The position numbers were made by a program, and so were the translations under genes. From Pedobacter sp. (GTDB taxonomy: Bacteria; Desulfobacterota; Desulfuromonadia; Desulfuromonadales; Syntrophotaleaceae): 64,000 bases of DNA. Shown in pieces: positions 1 to 9,923 of the stretch; position 1 is the first letter of the stretch, and each line of letters begins with the position of its first letter. Below the pieces are notes generated by a model. The model saw only the letters and a list, made by a program, of their open reading frames with translations, did no database searches and had not been told where the DNA came from. The DNA lies in the NCBI GenBank assembly GCA_050253415.1, contig JBFWJC010000001.1, positions 1,448,679 to 1,512,678 on the forward strand, in the 5' to 3' direction.

Positions 1-1254
1 TTTTTTATCCATCCTTTGCGCGTCGCTCATCAAGCTGCGCGGCATTGGATGGATTTTTCCTCGGTAATCGCCGCAGTGCTGCATGACGTGGTCGAGGATA
101 CACCCATGACCCTGTCTGAGGTGGAGAAGGCTTTCGGTTCCGAGGTGGCGCGGCTGGTCAACGGTCTGACCAAGGTTTCCTCTGAAAAACTCAGTCGCGA
201 GGCTCTAAAGGCACAGACCTATCGCAAACAACTGTTGTTGGCCATTGAGGATGTGCGGGTGCTTTGTCTTAAATTCTGGGACCGCATTGACAACCTGCAG
301 ACCATCCAGGCGCTCGATCCGGGAAAACAGGCGCTTATCGCCAAAGAAACCCGTGCGGTTTATGTCCCTTTGGCAAGGCATCTGGGTATGGGATATGTAG
401 CCTCTCATATGGAAGCGCTTTCCCTGAGCATTTTGTATCCGGCCCGGGCCAGTCGGTATCGGCGAGTTGTGCAGGTCTTACGCATGCAGATCGAACCGCA
501 ACTGCGTCAGATTCGCGCCAACTTCCGCCAGGCCTTTGAGCATTACCGCCAATCGCCGACCATGAAAGATCGCTGGCGCCCCTTTTCCATCGATGCTACC
601 CGTACCATGGGGCGCGGTATCTCCGCACTCTATACGCTGGAGATTCAGGTGGCTCGTACCATGGATGCGTATCTGGCTCTCGGGGTGGTACATGAGTTGT
701 ATAATGCGATCCCAGGCAAGCTTCGCGATCATCTCACTATTCCATCCCCTTTTGGTTACCAGGCATTGAAAACCACCGTGCAGGCCGGCGAAATTCGTTT
801 GCGGGTGGAGATTACCACTCACAAGCTGGCGCGTTTCAACGAATCCGGCGTACTCACTCCCGGGTTTGAGTTCCGCAAGGAAAACTTCCAGGAGCTGATG
901 AAGTCGCTGCTGGAAGGGGAGGCGGCATTCGATACCGAAAGTCTGCGACTTGCTGCATCCACCATTCAGGTTTACACCCCCAAGGGCGATATCTGTACCC
1001 TGCCGGCCGGCAGCAGTGCCCTCGATTTTGCCTTCGCCATCCATGAGAAAGTCGGGTTGTTTGCCTGGCGGGCCCGCGTCAACGGCCAGACCCGGCAACT
1101 GAAGTCACGTCTTATGGATGGAGACCAGGTCGAGATCGAACGTGGTATGAATCCCATGGTCCTGCCCAAATGGTTGGAATGGGCGGTAACGCCCCGTGCT
1201 CATAATCATATTCGTCGCTATTTGCGCACCCGGGTGCAGGATGGCGGCGCCTAA
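1..1254 (+). CDS. RelA/SpoT homolog (HD hydrolase + degenerate synthetase + TGS), 5'-truncated by the window edge
   Basis: Frame open from base 1 (FFIHPLRVA); HDVVEDT hydrolase motif; TGS domain (VYTPKGD...[15 protein letters not shown]...ARVNG...L.DGDQVEI); no ACT domain. Confidence 0.85.
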   Translation, partial: FFIHPLRVAHQAARHWMDFSSVIAAVLHDVVEDTPMTLSEVEKAFGSEVARLVNGLTKVSSEKLSREALKAQTYRKQLLLAIEDVRVLCLKFWDRIDNLQTIQALDPGKQALIAKETRAVYVPLARHLGMGYVASHMEALSLSILYPARASRYRRVVQVLRMQIEPQLRQIRANFRQAFEHYRQSPTMKDRWRPFSIDATRTMGRGISALYTLEIQVARTMDAYLALGVVHELYNAIPGKLRDHLTIPSPFGYQALKTTVQAGEIRLRVEITTHKLARFNESGVLTPGFEFRKENFQELMKSLLEGEAAFDTESLRLAASTIQVYTPKGDICTLPAGSSALDFAFAIHEKVGLFAWRARVNGQTRQLKSRLMDGDQVEIERGMNPMVLPKWLEWAVTPRAHNHIRRYLRTRVQDGGA

Positions 1255-1291
1255 GGTTCGCTCAGTGCGGCAAGTCTCCGGGAGATACGGT

Positions 1292-1708
1292 ATGAAAAGT
1301 TTTCGCAGGGAATTGTGGTTCGAGGTGCCGCAGCGACGCGCCTTTATTAATATCACCAGTGATGTGCAACGCTGCCTGGATGAAAGTGGCATTCAGGAAG
1401 GGTTGGCCCTGGTCAACGCCATGCATATTACCGCCTCGGTGTTTATCAACGACGACGAACCTGGCTTGCATCACGATTTTGAACGTTGGTTGGAACAACT
1501 GGCGCCGCATGAACCGGTTGGCCACTATCGGCATAATATTGGTGAAGACAACGCCGATGGACATCTTAAACGCCAGATTATGGGGCGTGAAGTGGTGGTG
1601 GCCATCACCGATGGTCAATTGGATTTCGGCCCCTGGGAACAGATTTTTTACGGTGAATTCGATGGCGGCCGGCGTAAAAGGGTGCTGGTTAAACTGATCG
1701 GGGAATAA
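1292..1708 (+). CDS. yjbQ: YjbQ/UPF0047 family protein (secondary thiamine-phosphate synthase)
   Basis: [19 protein letters not shown] and [13 protein letters not shown] motifs; ATG at 1292 after GGAG. Confidence 0.9.
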   Translation: MKSFRRELWFEVPQRRAFINITSDVQRCLDESGIQEGLALVNAMHITASVFINDDEPGLHHDFERWLEQLAPHEPVGHYRHNIGEDNADGHLKRQIMGREVVVAITDGQLDFGPWEQIFYGEFDGGRRKRVLVKLIGE

Positions 1709-1744
1709 GTTTTCAGTGTGATTGATGTCAGAGGTTTTGAACCC

Positions 1745-1786
1745 ATGACAAATGACCGATGACGACGGACCATTGATAAATGACAA
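1745..1786. repeat. Six degenerate tandem 7-mers, consensus ATGACAA
   Basis: atgacaa atgaccg atgacga cggacca ttgataa atgacaa read directly. Confidence 0.65.
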
Positions 1787-1815
1787 GGCCCCGCGGCGTA
1801 ACCCGCGGGGCCTTG
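1784..1815. terminator. Hairpin between convergent genes, probable bidirectional terminator
   Basis: CAAGGCCCCGCGG / CCGCGGGGCCTTG 13-bp perfect inverted repeat. Confidence 0.7.
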
Positions 1816-1822
1816 GAATACA

Positions 1823-2644
1823 TCATGATTCCTGTTGTTTGGTTGGCTGAACATGCGGCTTTTTGGCAGGCCGGCTGGCATAGATGAGGATCTTCTGGTC
1901 GGTGAAGCTTTCCACCTCCCCGGCGAAGGTTTCCACCTGGAAGAAATCCTGGATTTTCCCGGATGCTTCGATGAAAAGCTTGTTGAGCCTTTGCACGCCC
2001 TCGCGGTTCAAGCCGGTTCGCCGTGCCCATTCTTGAAATTCGTGGGTTTTGGGAATGACCTTGATGTCGTGCAGGATGAAGTCGGCGGCTTCCACCATCG
2101 TTGACCAATCCTGTTTTGTATAGGCGCGGACATGGGTGGGGTCGCGCATCTGCTCGTAGGTGTGCATGAACTCGGCGATTTCCGGGTCGTCCGGCAGTAG
2201 CGTATCGATGATGGCCATGCGGCCACCACGGCGCAGTACCCGGTGGAATTCGCCCAGTGCCCGCGGCACATCCGGAAAGTGGTGTGGGGCGATGCGGCAC
2301 GTCAGTAAAGTGAAGGCACCGGCCGGGAATGGCAGGTCCTCGGCATCGGCTTCCCGGAAGGTGACGTTTTCGACACCCCCTTCTTCGCTGATGAATTCCT
2401 GGGCCCGTTTTAACATTTGCATGGCCAGGTCCGAAGCCACCACGCTACGTACCATCGGAGCGAAAAACAGGGCGGAGTGCCCTCCACCACAGGCGACATC
2501 CAGCAGGATGTCATCCTGCGTAGGCTGCAGGAGCCGTGCGGCTTCCTCCAGATCGATGCCCTGGGAAAACCCGGGGCTCTGGACGTAGCTTTCGGCCGTG
2601 CGGCTGAATTGTTCCCTGACTTTATCCTTGAAATTCTTGGACAT
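1823..2644 (-). CDS. Class I SAM-dependent methyltransferase (UbiE/Methyltransf_11-like)
   Basis: LLDVACGGG motif I; ADAEDLPF; CRIAPHHFPD. Confidence 0.88.
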   Translation of the reverse strand: MSKNFKDKVREQFSRTAESYVQSPGFSQGIDLEEAARLLQPTQDDILLDVACGGGHSALFFAPMVRSVVASDLAMQMLKRAQEFISEEGGVENVTFREADAEDLPFPAGAFTLLTCRIAPHHFPDVPRALGEFHRVLRRGGRMAIIDTLLPDDPEIAEFMHTYEQMRDPTHVRAYTKQDWSTMVEAADFILHDIKVIPKTHEFQEWARRTGLNREGVQRLNKLFIEASGKIQDFFQVETFAGEVESFTDQKILIYASRPAKKPHVQPTKQQES

Positions 2645-2745
2645 TCATTTCTCCTGGAATGAATCGATTATATCACCCTTGCAGGGGGTTGTCCCGAGTG
2701 AAGTTCACTTGATGGGGACAGGCCGCGCGGAGGATGGAGGATAGC

Positions 2746-3696
2746 ATGAACAGGATCGCTTTGGGAAGTACCGGTTTGCATGTTCACCCCCTGGTTTTTG
2801 GAACATTGTCCATGGGGCCATTACAGGCAGGGTTGTCTGCAACCCAAGGTGCGCGATTGATCCGTGCGGCACTGGAGGGGGGAGTTAACTTGCTCGATAC
2901 GGCTGAACTGTATCAGACCTATCCCCATATCCGGCAAGCTTTGGTCGGTTATACAGGTGAGGTGCTCATCGCGACCAAAACCCATACCCGCGATGCCGGC
3001 GAAGCCCTGCGCCATGTGGAAAAAGCGCTGCGGGAGCTGGGGCGTGATTGTCTCGATATCGTATTGCTGCATGCCATGCAAACCGACGATCCCTTTGCCG
3101 AACGGGGTCCCGTGCTCGAGGTTTTGCTGCGCCTTCGTGATGCCGGGCACATCCGCCATCTTGGATTGTCCACTCATTATATCACCGGTGTGCGTGGTGC
3201 AATGGGTTGCGCGGATCTGGAGGTTGTTCATCCGCTTATCAACCGGGAAGGGTTGGGCATCATGGACGGCAGTGCAGCCCAGATGGCTGCGGCCATTGCG
3301 CAAGCGGCAAAGGCAGGGAAAGGTGTTTATGCCATGAAGGCTTTGGGGGGTGGCAATCTGATCGCACATGCCCGTGCCAGTTTGCGCTATGTTCAGCAGC
3401 TTCCCGGGGTTCATGCAGTGGCAATCGGCATGCTATCGGAACAGGAAATCCTGGCCAATCTTGCTTTGCTTGAGGGCCGTCTCTGCTCCGATGACGTTTG
3501 GCAGCCCCTCGAGAGCCGGCGCCGGCGACTCAAGATCATGGCTCCTTTTTGCAAGGGCTGCGGCGACTGCCTTGAGGCCTGCCCGGCAAACGCTCTGACG
3601 GTCAGTGAAGGTGTCGCCCGGGTCGATGCCGAGCGATGCGTTTTATGCGGTTACTGTGCCGCGGCCTGCCCTCATTTCCTGATTCGCGTTCTGTAG
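2746..3696 (+). CDS. Aldo/keto reductase with C-terminal 2x[4Fe-4S] ferredoxin domain
   Basis: LDTAELY, IATK, GLSTH AKR motifs; CKGCGDCLEACP and CVLCGYCAAACP; start 2746 or 2734. Confidence 0.88.
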   Translation: MNRIALGSTGLHVHPLVFGTLSMGPLQAGLSATQGARLIRAALEGGVNLLDTAELYQTYPHIRQALVGYTGEVLIATKTHTRDAGEALRHVEKALRELGRDCLDIVLLHAMQTDDPFAERGPVLEVLLRLRDAGHIRHLGLSTHYITGVRGAMGCADLEVVHPLINREGLGIMDGSAAQMAAAIAQAAKAGKGVYAMKALGGGNLIAHARASLRYVQQLPGVHAVAIGMLSEQEILANLALLEGRLCSDDVWQPLESRRRRLKIMAPFCKGCGDCLEACPANALTVSEGVARVDAERCVLCGYCAAACPHFLIRVL

Positions 3697-3722
3697 AGGG
3701 TGGGGTGTGCGATCGCCGTATT

Positions 3723-4376
3723 TTAGTTGCTATTGTTGGCGTTTTCCTCTTCGGCGGTTGCCTTGTCGAGCCAGGCGACAATGTCTCTCAGTACATCCCG
3801 GTGTCCCGGTGGAATGTCATCCATCTGCTCCAGCGTGTCGGTCAGACGGCGCGCGGCGGATAGCGCCTGTTTGCAAAGCCGATGGCGTTCCTTGCCATCG
3901 GGTGCCGGTTCGGGAGCCAGGCTTTTAAAGCATTTGACGGCGGTGGGGTGGCTGCGTTCCTGATCGATAACCGTTTCACGCAGTGCAGCGTAGTCTTCAT
4001 CCGAGAAAGAATGCTCTTCTCTCGCCTGGCGCAGCAGGTCGATGCTGCGGTAGTCAGGCACCGATTGCAACGGCGATTGTTCCGCCAGCAGTTGAGGTTC
4101 TTCCCGGCTGATAAAACGGTAAGCCTGGGTCAGCTTCTGCGCGGTCGGTTTGCGAATACGGATTTCCTTCTGGCAATATTCTTCGAAAGAGGCATAGCCC
4201 CAATGCTGATAGAGAGAGCCTTGGTTGACGCGCAACAGTTCTTCTCCCAGTTGCACCCAGGACGATTTGAAGCGACGGGCCACATCGAGGACACGATAGC
4301 GGTCGGAGCCGGGTTCGAGTTGCCCCATGATGGTTTCGATATGGGATTCTGCGGGGGATTTGAGATTATCATTCAT
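3723..4376 (-). CDS. Hypothetical protein, possibly helix-turn-helix DNA-binding
   Basis: 217-aa ORF; WGYASFEEYCQKEIRIRKPTAQKL segment resembles an HTH. Confidence 0.7.
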   Translation of the reverse strand: MNDNLKSPAESHIETIMGQLEPGSDRYRVLDVARRFKSSWVQLGEELLRVNQGSLYQHWGYASFEEYCQKEIRIRKPTAQKLTQAYRFISREEPQLLAEQSPLQSVPDYRSIDLLRQAREEHSFSDEDYAALRETVIDQERSHPTAVKCFKSLAPEPAPDGKERHRLCKQALSAARRLTDTLEQMDDIPPGHRDVLRDIVAWLDKATAEEENANNSN

Positions 4377-4469
4377 TGTTTATGCCTTTGTCGGGGGAGT
4401 CTTTTTGCCTGCCCGGATTATACACGAATCGCCCGCTTTTTGGACTAAACGATAGGATGCACAGCGGGC

Positions 4470-4498
4470 TTGTCGAATCGGGCGTTGGCGGTTAGAAT
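4470..4498 (+). promoter_or_regulatory. Putative sigma70 promoter for the rRNA methyltransferase
   Basis: TTGTCG-N17-TAGAAT. Confidence 0.5.
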
Positions 4499-4612
4499 AG
4501 CGCCCTTCGCCATGAGCTTGGCGGATTCGCTTGCCACATTGCAAAAATTCTGGTTTTCGATCCGGAAACCTTGGATAAAAAAACCGCTGTATTTCACAAG
4601 GATAGAGTCTGT

Positions 4613-5809
4613 ATGAAAAAACCTGCTTTTATCGTCGGTCCGCAAACAGTGCAAATGCTGCAACTTGGCCACCCCTGGGTTCTCTCCGACCGCTATACAA
4701 AACAATGGCCCAAGGGGCGCAACGGTGACCTGGTTCGACTTGCCGACGAGGGTGGCCGCACTCTGGCCATGGCTCTGCTTGATCCCGACGACCGGATTGT
4801 GGCGCGGGTGCTTGAATTTGGCCCCATGGAGCTGGACCAGCCTTGGATTGATGCCAAGGTGCAGCAGGCTCTCGACCTGCGGCAGCGTCATCTGGACCTT
4901 GCCGATACCAACGCTTATCGCTTGATCAATGGCGAAGGGGACTTTTTGCCGGGCCTTACTGTGGATCGGTATGGCGACTATCTGATGGTTCAGCTTTTCA
5001 GCCGAAGCTGGCGGCCGCACCTGCCGATGCTGGTTTCCGCTCTGCAAAAGGCCCTTCAGCCGGTGGGCATATATGAAAAATTTCGCCCGCAGCAAACCCG
5101 CAAGCTGGCTGACAAGCCCAAGCAATTGAGCAAGCTGTTGTGGGGGAAGCCCGTTGCCGGCCGCTTGTCGGTGCTAGAAAACGGTTTGACCCTGTTGGTC
5201 GACCTGGAAGAAGGCCTCAATACAGGTCTTTTCGGAGACCAGCGGGAGAACCGGCGGGACCTGATGGCGCGCGCTCCTGGCGTCAAGGTGCTGAACCTGT
5301 TTGCTTATACCGGCGCATTTTCGGTGGCCGCGGCGGTTGCCGGCGCTACCCGGGTCACGAGTGTCGATGCCTCGGCGCAGTATCTGGAATGGGCCCGCGA
5401 AAATTTTGCTGCCAATCGCCTCAATCCCAAGCGCCATGACTTCCTGGTCGGAGATTGCCGCAATGTATTGCAGGACCTTCGGCGTCAGGGACGAACCTTC
5501 GATATTATTATCATGGATCCGCCGAGCTTTTCCACTGTCGGCAAGAGTCGCTTTACCACCAGTGGTGGCACCTCCGACCTGGTGACCGAGGCCTTGCCGC
5601 TGCTGGAGGCAGGCGGGCTTCTGATTACCTCATCCAACCACCAGAAGGTCGATCTGGCCGATTATCTCAAGGAATTGCGCCGCGGTGCTCTGGCTGCCGG
5701 TTCGACCTTGCGGGTTATTGCCAATTTAGGCCAGGCAGGCGATTTCCCCTATCCGGTAACCTTTCCGGAGGGACGCTATCTTAAATATCTGATCAGCGTC
5801 AAAGGTTAA
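4613..5809 (+). CDS. RlmI/RlmK-family SAM-dependent rRNA methyltransferase
   Basis: GHPWV PUA-like start; RLINGEGDFLPGLTVDRY; TGLFGDQRENR; VLNLFAYTG; DPPSF. Confidence 0.9.
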   Translation: MKKPAFIVGPQTVQMLQLGHPWVLSDRYTKQWPKGRNGDLVRLADEGGRTLAMALLDPDDRIVARVLEFGPMELDQPWIDAKVQQALDLRQRHLDLADTNAYRLINGEGDFLPGLTVDRYGDYLMVQLFSRSWRPHLPMLVSALQKALQPVGIYEKFRPQQTRKLADKPKQLSKLLWGKPVAGRLSVLENGLTLLVDLEEGLNTGLFGDQRENRRDLMARAPGVKVLNLFAYTGAFSVAAAVAGATRVTSVDASAQYLEWARENFAANRLNPKRHDFLVGDCRNVLQDLRRQGRTFDIIIMDPPSFSTVGKSRFTTSGGTSDLVTEALPLLEAGGLLITSSNHQKVDLADYLKELRRGALAAGSTLRVIANLGQAGDFPYPVTFPEGRYLKYLISVKG

Positions 5810-5833
5810 GGGCGTAACTCCGCTAATTAGAAC

Positions 5834-5870
5834 GCAGGTGGTCTCTTCGGTATGCCGGGAGACCACCTGC
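5834..5870. terminator. Hairpin between convergent genes
   Basis: GCAGGTGGTCTC / GAGACCACCTGC 12-bp inverted repeat. Confidence 0.65.
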
Positions 5871-5912
5871 GGTTGTGTGCTGTTACGGAATGGTTGTCGT
5901 TACGTCTGTCCG

Positions 5913-6425
5913 TCAATCGATGATGGTGATGCGCTCGATGAGGATCGATTCGACCGGCACATCCCGATGTCCGCTGTGGCTACCGGTAGCTACCTGCTGA
6001 ATAGCATCGACTGTTTCCATGCCATCGATGACTTTGCCGAAAACGGCGTAACCGAAGGCCGCAGGGGTCGGAGACTGGTGATTGAGAAAATCATTGTCCA
6101 CGGTATTGATGAAAAACTGAGCCGTTGCGCTATCCACGATCTGGGTACGGGCCATGGCGATAGTGCCACGCTTGTTAGGTAATCCGTTGCCGGCCTCATT
6201 CTTGATCGGGGCCCGGGTCGCCTTGCTTTCCATGTTGGCGTTCATGCCGCCGCCCTGGATCATGAAGCCGGGGATAACGCGGTGGAAGATGGTGTTTTCG
6301 TAAAAGCCGCTTTTTGCATATTCGATAAAGTTTGCTACGGTAACGGGGGCTTTTTCGATGTCGAGCTCGATGGTAATGGGACCCATGGAAGTTTCGATGC
6401 GTGCGACGGGGTTGGTATGACTCAT
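5913..6425 (-). CDS. Cyclophilin-type peptidyl-prolyl cis-trans isomerase
   Basis: [38 protein letters not shown]. Confidence 0.95.
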   Translation of the reverse strand: MSHTNPVARIETSMGPITIELDIEKAPVTVANFIEYAKSGFYENTIFHRVIPGFMIQGGGMNANMESKATRAPIKNEAGNGLPNKRGTIAMARTQIVDSATAQFFINTVDNDFLNHQSPTPAAFGYAVFGKVIDGMETVDAIQQVATGSHSGHRDVPVESILIERITIID

Positions 6426-6552
6426 AAGATTTGCTCCTGTATTATTTTTTCAGTAGGTCCGGTCAAAAGTGCGCCGGGAGGCTGGCTGTATAGCATGGAA
6501 GAGGCTATTTTTCAAGTTTTAAAGAAACCCGTTTGCTAAAAAGGATGGCGCA

Positions 6553-7809
6553 ATGAAGTCTATGCTGATGGTGGGAGTGTTGTTGCTTTTGCTTGCGGGC
6601 CATAACACGGTATCTGCCGGAACTGACGATCCCGTGCCTGTCCAACCGGATATGACTCTGGCGCAACTGGCCCATGCGCACAATATTCGCGGTGGGGATC
6701 TTGCCGAAGCCTTGGGGTTGGCCCGCCAGGTCGACAAACAACGTACTTTGCAGGATCTTGGCGTGAACCTGCAGGATGCACAAAGGATCCTTTCCTCTTC
6801 CAGCGCCGTTGACAGAGGTGCCGGGAGTGGCTTACGCCAGGGAAAAGGTGGCGGTGAGGGCCGAGGTCATGGGCGCGGTCGAAATGCCGACCTCGGTGGC
6901 GGCGGGCATCAGGAGCGGGAAGCTGTTGCGGACAGCTATAATTATCTCCTGTGGCCGGTATTTCTGGCAGGCGCATTGTGGTGGTTGCTGCGTGGCGGAC
7001 GCATGGAGAATGGCAGCTTGCTGCCCGTCAACAAGCGCTATCGTCCCGTGGGGTTTCACGCTGCCCTGGTGCTGGTGGTGTTGTTTTTCGGATTTGCCAG
7101 CGGCAAGTCGCCCAACCCCATGGAAGGGCTGGTCAAGTTCGTCAAGGCTTTGGCGGGGTTTTATGACGATCCCTGGGTGAAACTCTGCTTCCTGCTGTTT
7201 TTTACGGTTTTGGCATTGCTGGGGACCAAGCTGGTATGCGGTTGGGGGTGTCCTTTCGGAGCCCTGCAGGAACTTATCTACGATCTGCCGGTGTTGCAGC
7301 GTAGCAAAAAGCTACGGCTGCCATTCGTTTTTACGATGAGCGTGCGCACGTTGCTGTTTGTGCTGTTCCTGTTTTTTATCTCCGGCCTTGCCGGTTCCAA
7401 ATGGGTTTTGTACCACGGCATTAATCCGTTTAACCTGTTCGGCTTCGAGTTCAGCCAAGCTTCCATGGCTATTTCAACAGGAGTGTTTCTGCTGTTGTCG
7501 GTTGCCGTTTACCGACCTTTTTGTCAGTTGGTGTGTCCCTTCGGCTGGTATGCCTGGTTTCTGGAAAAGATCAGCCTGACCGGCGTCCGTATCGATCGTA
7601 AGGCCTGCACCGCATGCGGGGCCTGCGACCGGGCTTGCCCCGTGGAGGCTGCCCATGACCGTCTGGCATGCAAAACCTGGCCGGCGGAGTGTTTTTCCTG
7701 TGCCCGCTGCCTGAGGGTATGTCCGGTCGATGCGATTGACTATGGGCCGCGCTGGCGCAAAAAAAGTGAGCCTGGTTATCCATCTTGCTCAGACAGACAA
7801 TCCTCCTGA
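6553..7809 (+). CDS. Membrane 4Fe-4S protein (NapH/MauN/Fer4_5-like)
   Basis: Signal peptide, several TM helices, CGWGCPFG and CQLVCPFG motifs, two C-terminal CxxCxxCxxxCP. Confidence 0.85.
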   Translation: MKSMLMVGVLLLLLAGHNTVSAGTDDPVPVQPDMTLAQLAHAHNIRGGDLAEALGLARQVDKQRTLQDLGVNLQDAQRILSSSSAVDRGAGSGLRQGKGGGEGRGHGRGRNADLGGGGHQEREAVADSYNYLLWPVFLAGALWWLLRGGRMENGSLLPVNKRYRPVGFHAALVLVVLFFGFASGKSPNPMEGLVKFVKALAGFYDDPWVKLCFLLFFTVLALLGTKLVCGWGCPFGALQELIYDLPVLQRSKKLRLPFVFTMSVRTLLFVLFLFFISGLAGSKWVLYHGINPFNLFGFEFSQASMAISTGVFLLLSVAVYRPFCQLVCPFGWYAWFLEKISLTGVRIDRKACTACGACDRACPVEAAHDRLACKTWPAECFSCARCLRVCPVDAIDYGPRWRKKSEPGYPSCSDRQSS

Positions 7810-7864
7810 ACTGATTTAACAGGATTCTTTGGTATCAAAGCTTCTAAGGTGCTGTCGGCAGCGA

Positions 7865-9316
7865 TCAATCTTGCTTGAAGCGGGGCTGGTTTTCCAGTGC
7901 CTTTTGCATGAGCTCGCTGCGCAATTGGTGAAGCTGGGTGCTCATGGCGACCTTGTAGATATGCGGATTGGTCAGGCGGGTGGTGCCTTTGGGCAACAGA
8001 TGAAGTTGCTCGGCACAGCGGTCGGCCATGTCATCCAGCGAAGCGGCGGGCAGGGTGGGTTGCCCATCCTGCATGACGACCTGACGTATTTCCTCAAAAC
8101 GCACCTTCGCTGGAATGATTTTAGTCCGGGACGGATTGGTGGGATCGAATACCGTCATGTTGGGGGCGGGTCTTTCGTGTTCCAGGCAGATGATATCCAG
8201 GCAATACTCTCCGTCGGGCAGTATCGCCCTCCAGAGCCTTTTGCGGTCGGGCAGGGTGGCTTTGGAAATGTCGCTGGTCACTTTCAGTTTTGGCTGATCA
8301 TCGAAGCGAACCAGTTTGTAGACCCCGCCCAGGGCACCACCTCCTTCGCCTCCACAGGTGGCCAGCTGCGTCCCCACTCCATAAATATCGATACACCCGC
8401 CCTCATTGCGGATCGATTGGATAACGGTTTCATCCAGATCACTTGAAGCGACGATCTTTATACCGGGGAACCCTGCCTCATCCAGCATGCGCCGTGCTTC
8501 TCTGCTCAGGTAGGCCATATCCCCGGAATCAAGGCGAATGCCTCTGACCTCATGTCCTTTGGCGCGCAATTCCCGCGCAACGGTGATGGCGTTGGGCACG
8601 CCGCTGGCCAGAGTATCATAGGTGTCGACCAGCAGAATGCACTGGTCGGGAAAACAGTCCGCATAGGCCCGGAATGAACTGAGTTCATCGGGAAACGCCA
8701 TGACCCAGCTATGGGCATGGGTACCCTTGATCGGAATGCCGAATACCTGCCCCGCCCAGGTGTTGCTGGTACTGCGTGCTCCGCCGATAAAGGCGGCCCG
8801 GGCTTCGCTCAAGCCGCCGTCCGGTCCGTGGGCGCGGCGCAATCCGAACTCCACAACCACGCCGGGGCTGGCTACGCTGACGATGCGCGCGGCTTTGGTC
8901 GCGACCAGAGTCTGGAAGTTGATGATGTTGAGCAGGGCGGTTTCCACCAGCTGGGCTTCGGCCAGTTCTCCCTCGACGGTGATCAGCGGTTCGTTGGCAA
9001 ACACGACAGTGCCTTCGGCGGGGGCGGTGACCTTGCAGCGAAAACGGAAGTCTTTCAGGTAGTTAAGGAAGTCCGGTTTGAATATGTCGAGAGTTTTCAG
9101 GTAGGCCAGATCCGCTGCGGTAAATTGCAGTTGCGACAGGTATTCGAGGGCCGGTTGCAGACCCGCGAAGATGGCGTATCCCCCGGTAAACGGGTTGTGG
9201 CGGAAAAACATGTCGAACACTGCCGTTTGCCGGTGCATGCCTTTTTCAAAGTAACCGGCAAGCATGGTCAGTTCGTATAGGTCGGTCAGCAGCGCGGAGT
9301 AGCGGTGAGCAGACAT
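7865..9316 (-). CDS. pncB: Nicotinate phosphoribosyltransferase
   Basis: LLTDLYELTM, EFGLRRAHG, GTHAHSW, LVDTYD, GIRLDSGD; ATG 9316. Confidence 0.95.
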   Translation of the reverse strand: MSAHRYSALLTDLYELTMLAGYFEKGMHRQTAVFDMFFRHNPFTGGYAIFAGLQPALEYLSQLQFTAADLAYLKTLDIFKPDFLNYLKDFRFRCKVTAPAEGTVVFANEPLITVEGELAEAQLVETALLNIINFQTLVATKAARIVSVASPGVVVEFGLRRAHGPDGGLSEARAAFIGGARSTSNTWAGQVFGIPIKGTHAHSWVMAFPDELSSFRAYADCFPDQCILLVDTYDTLASGVPNAITVARELRAKGHEVRGIRLDSGDMAYLSREARRMLDEAGFPGIKIVASSDLDETVIQSIRNEGGCIDIYGVGTQLATCGGEGGGALGGVYKLVRFDDQPKLKVTSDISKATLPDRKRLWRAILPDGEYCLDIICLEHERPAPNMTVFDPTNPSRTKIIPAKVRFEEIRQVVMQDGQPTLPAASLDDMADRCAEQLHLLPKGTTRLTNPHIYKVAMSTQLHQLRSELMQKALENQPRFKQD

Positions 9317-9358
9317 GGCACCCCCCCCCTTGTGACGGTGGACTGAGATACGCATAAA

Positions 9359-9392
9359 CGAAACTGTTATTTCCATTATAACAACAGTTTCG
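9359..9392 (-). promoter_or_regulatory. Inverted repeat enclosing an extended -10 box upstream of pncB
   Basis: CGAAACTGTT-N14-AACAGTTTCG; minus strand reads TGtTATAAT (-10 at 9375-9380). Confidence 0.5.
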
Positions 9393-9424
9393 CTTTCGCC
9401 ATACTCACATCGTCACACCTTCTT

Positions 9425-9910
9425 TCAGGGTTGTGCCACCCGTACCATGCCGGGCTGTAATACCTTGATAAGATCCTGCGGCGTGATGGCGACAAGGAAT
9501 CCGCGCTTACCGCCGTTGATATAGATGACTGGCAATTCGGCGATGGTTTCTTCCATGTAAACCGGCATGGATTTTCGTGTGCCGAAGGGGGAGGTGCCCC
9601 CCACCTGGTATCCGGAGTGACGGTCCGCCGTCTGCGGCGAGCAGGGGGTAATCTGTTTGGTGCCCAACAACCGGGCCAGTTCCTTGGTCGAAATTTCGCA
9701 GTCGCCGTGCATCAGTACGATCAGTGGCTCTTTTTGGTCCGTTTCCAGAATCAGGGTTTTAATCACGGCATGTTCGTCCACCCCCAGCTCCCGGGCGCAG
9801 ACCGCGGTGCCACCATGGTCTTCGTAGGCGTAGAGGTGCCCGGTAAAAGGGATGTCGTGTTGTCGCAGCATACGAATTGCCGGTGTGACCGGGAGTTTTT
9901 GCTTGGCCAT
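9425..9910 (-). CDS. ybaK: Cys-tRNA(Pro) deacylase YbaK
   Basis: TPAIRML, VIKTL, GYQVGGTSPFG, INGGKRG. Confidence 0.93.
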   Translation of the reverse strand: MAKQKLPVTPAIRMLRQHDIPFTGHLYAYEDHGGTAVCARELGVDEHAVIKTLILETDQKEPLIVLMHGDCEISTKELARLLGTKQITPCSPQTADRHSGYQVGGTSPFGTRKSMPVYMEETIAELPVIYINGGKRGFLVAITPQDLIKVLQPGMVRVAQP

Positions 9911-9923
9911 AAAAAGGTCCGAA

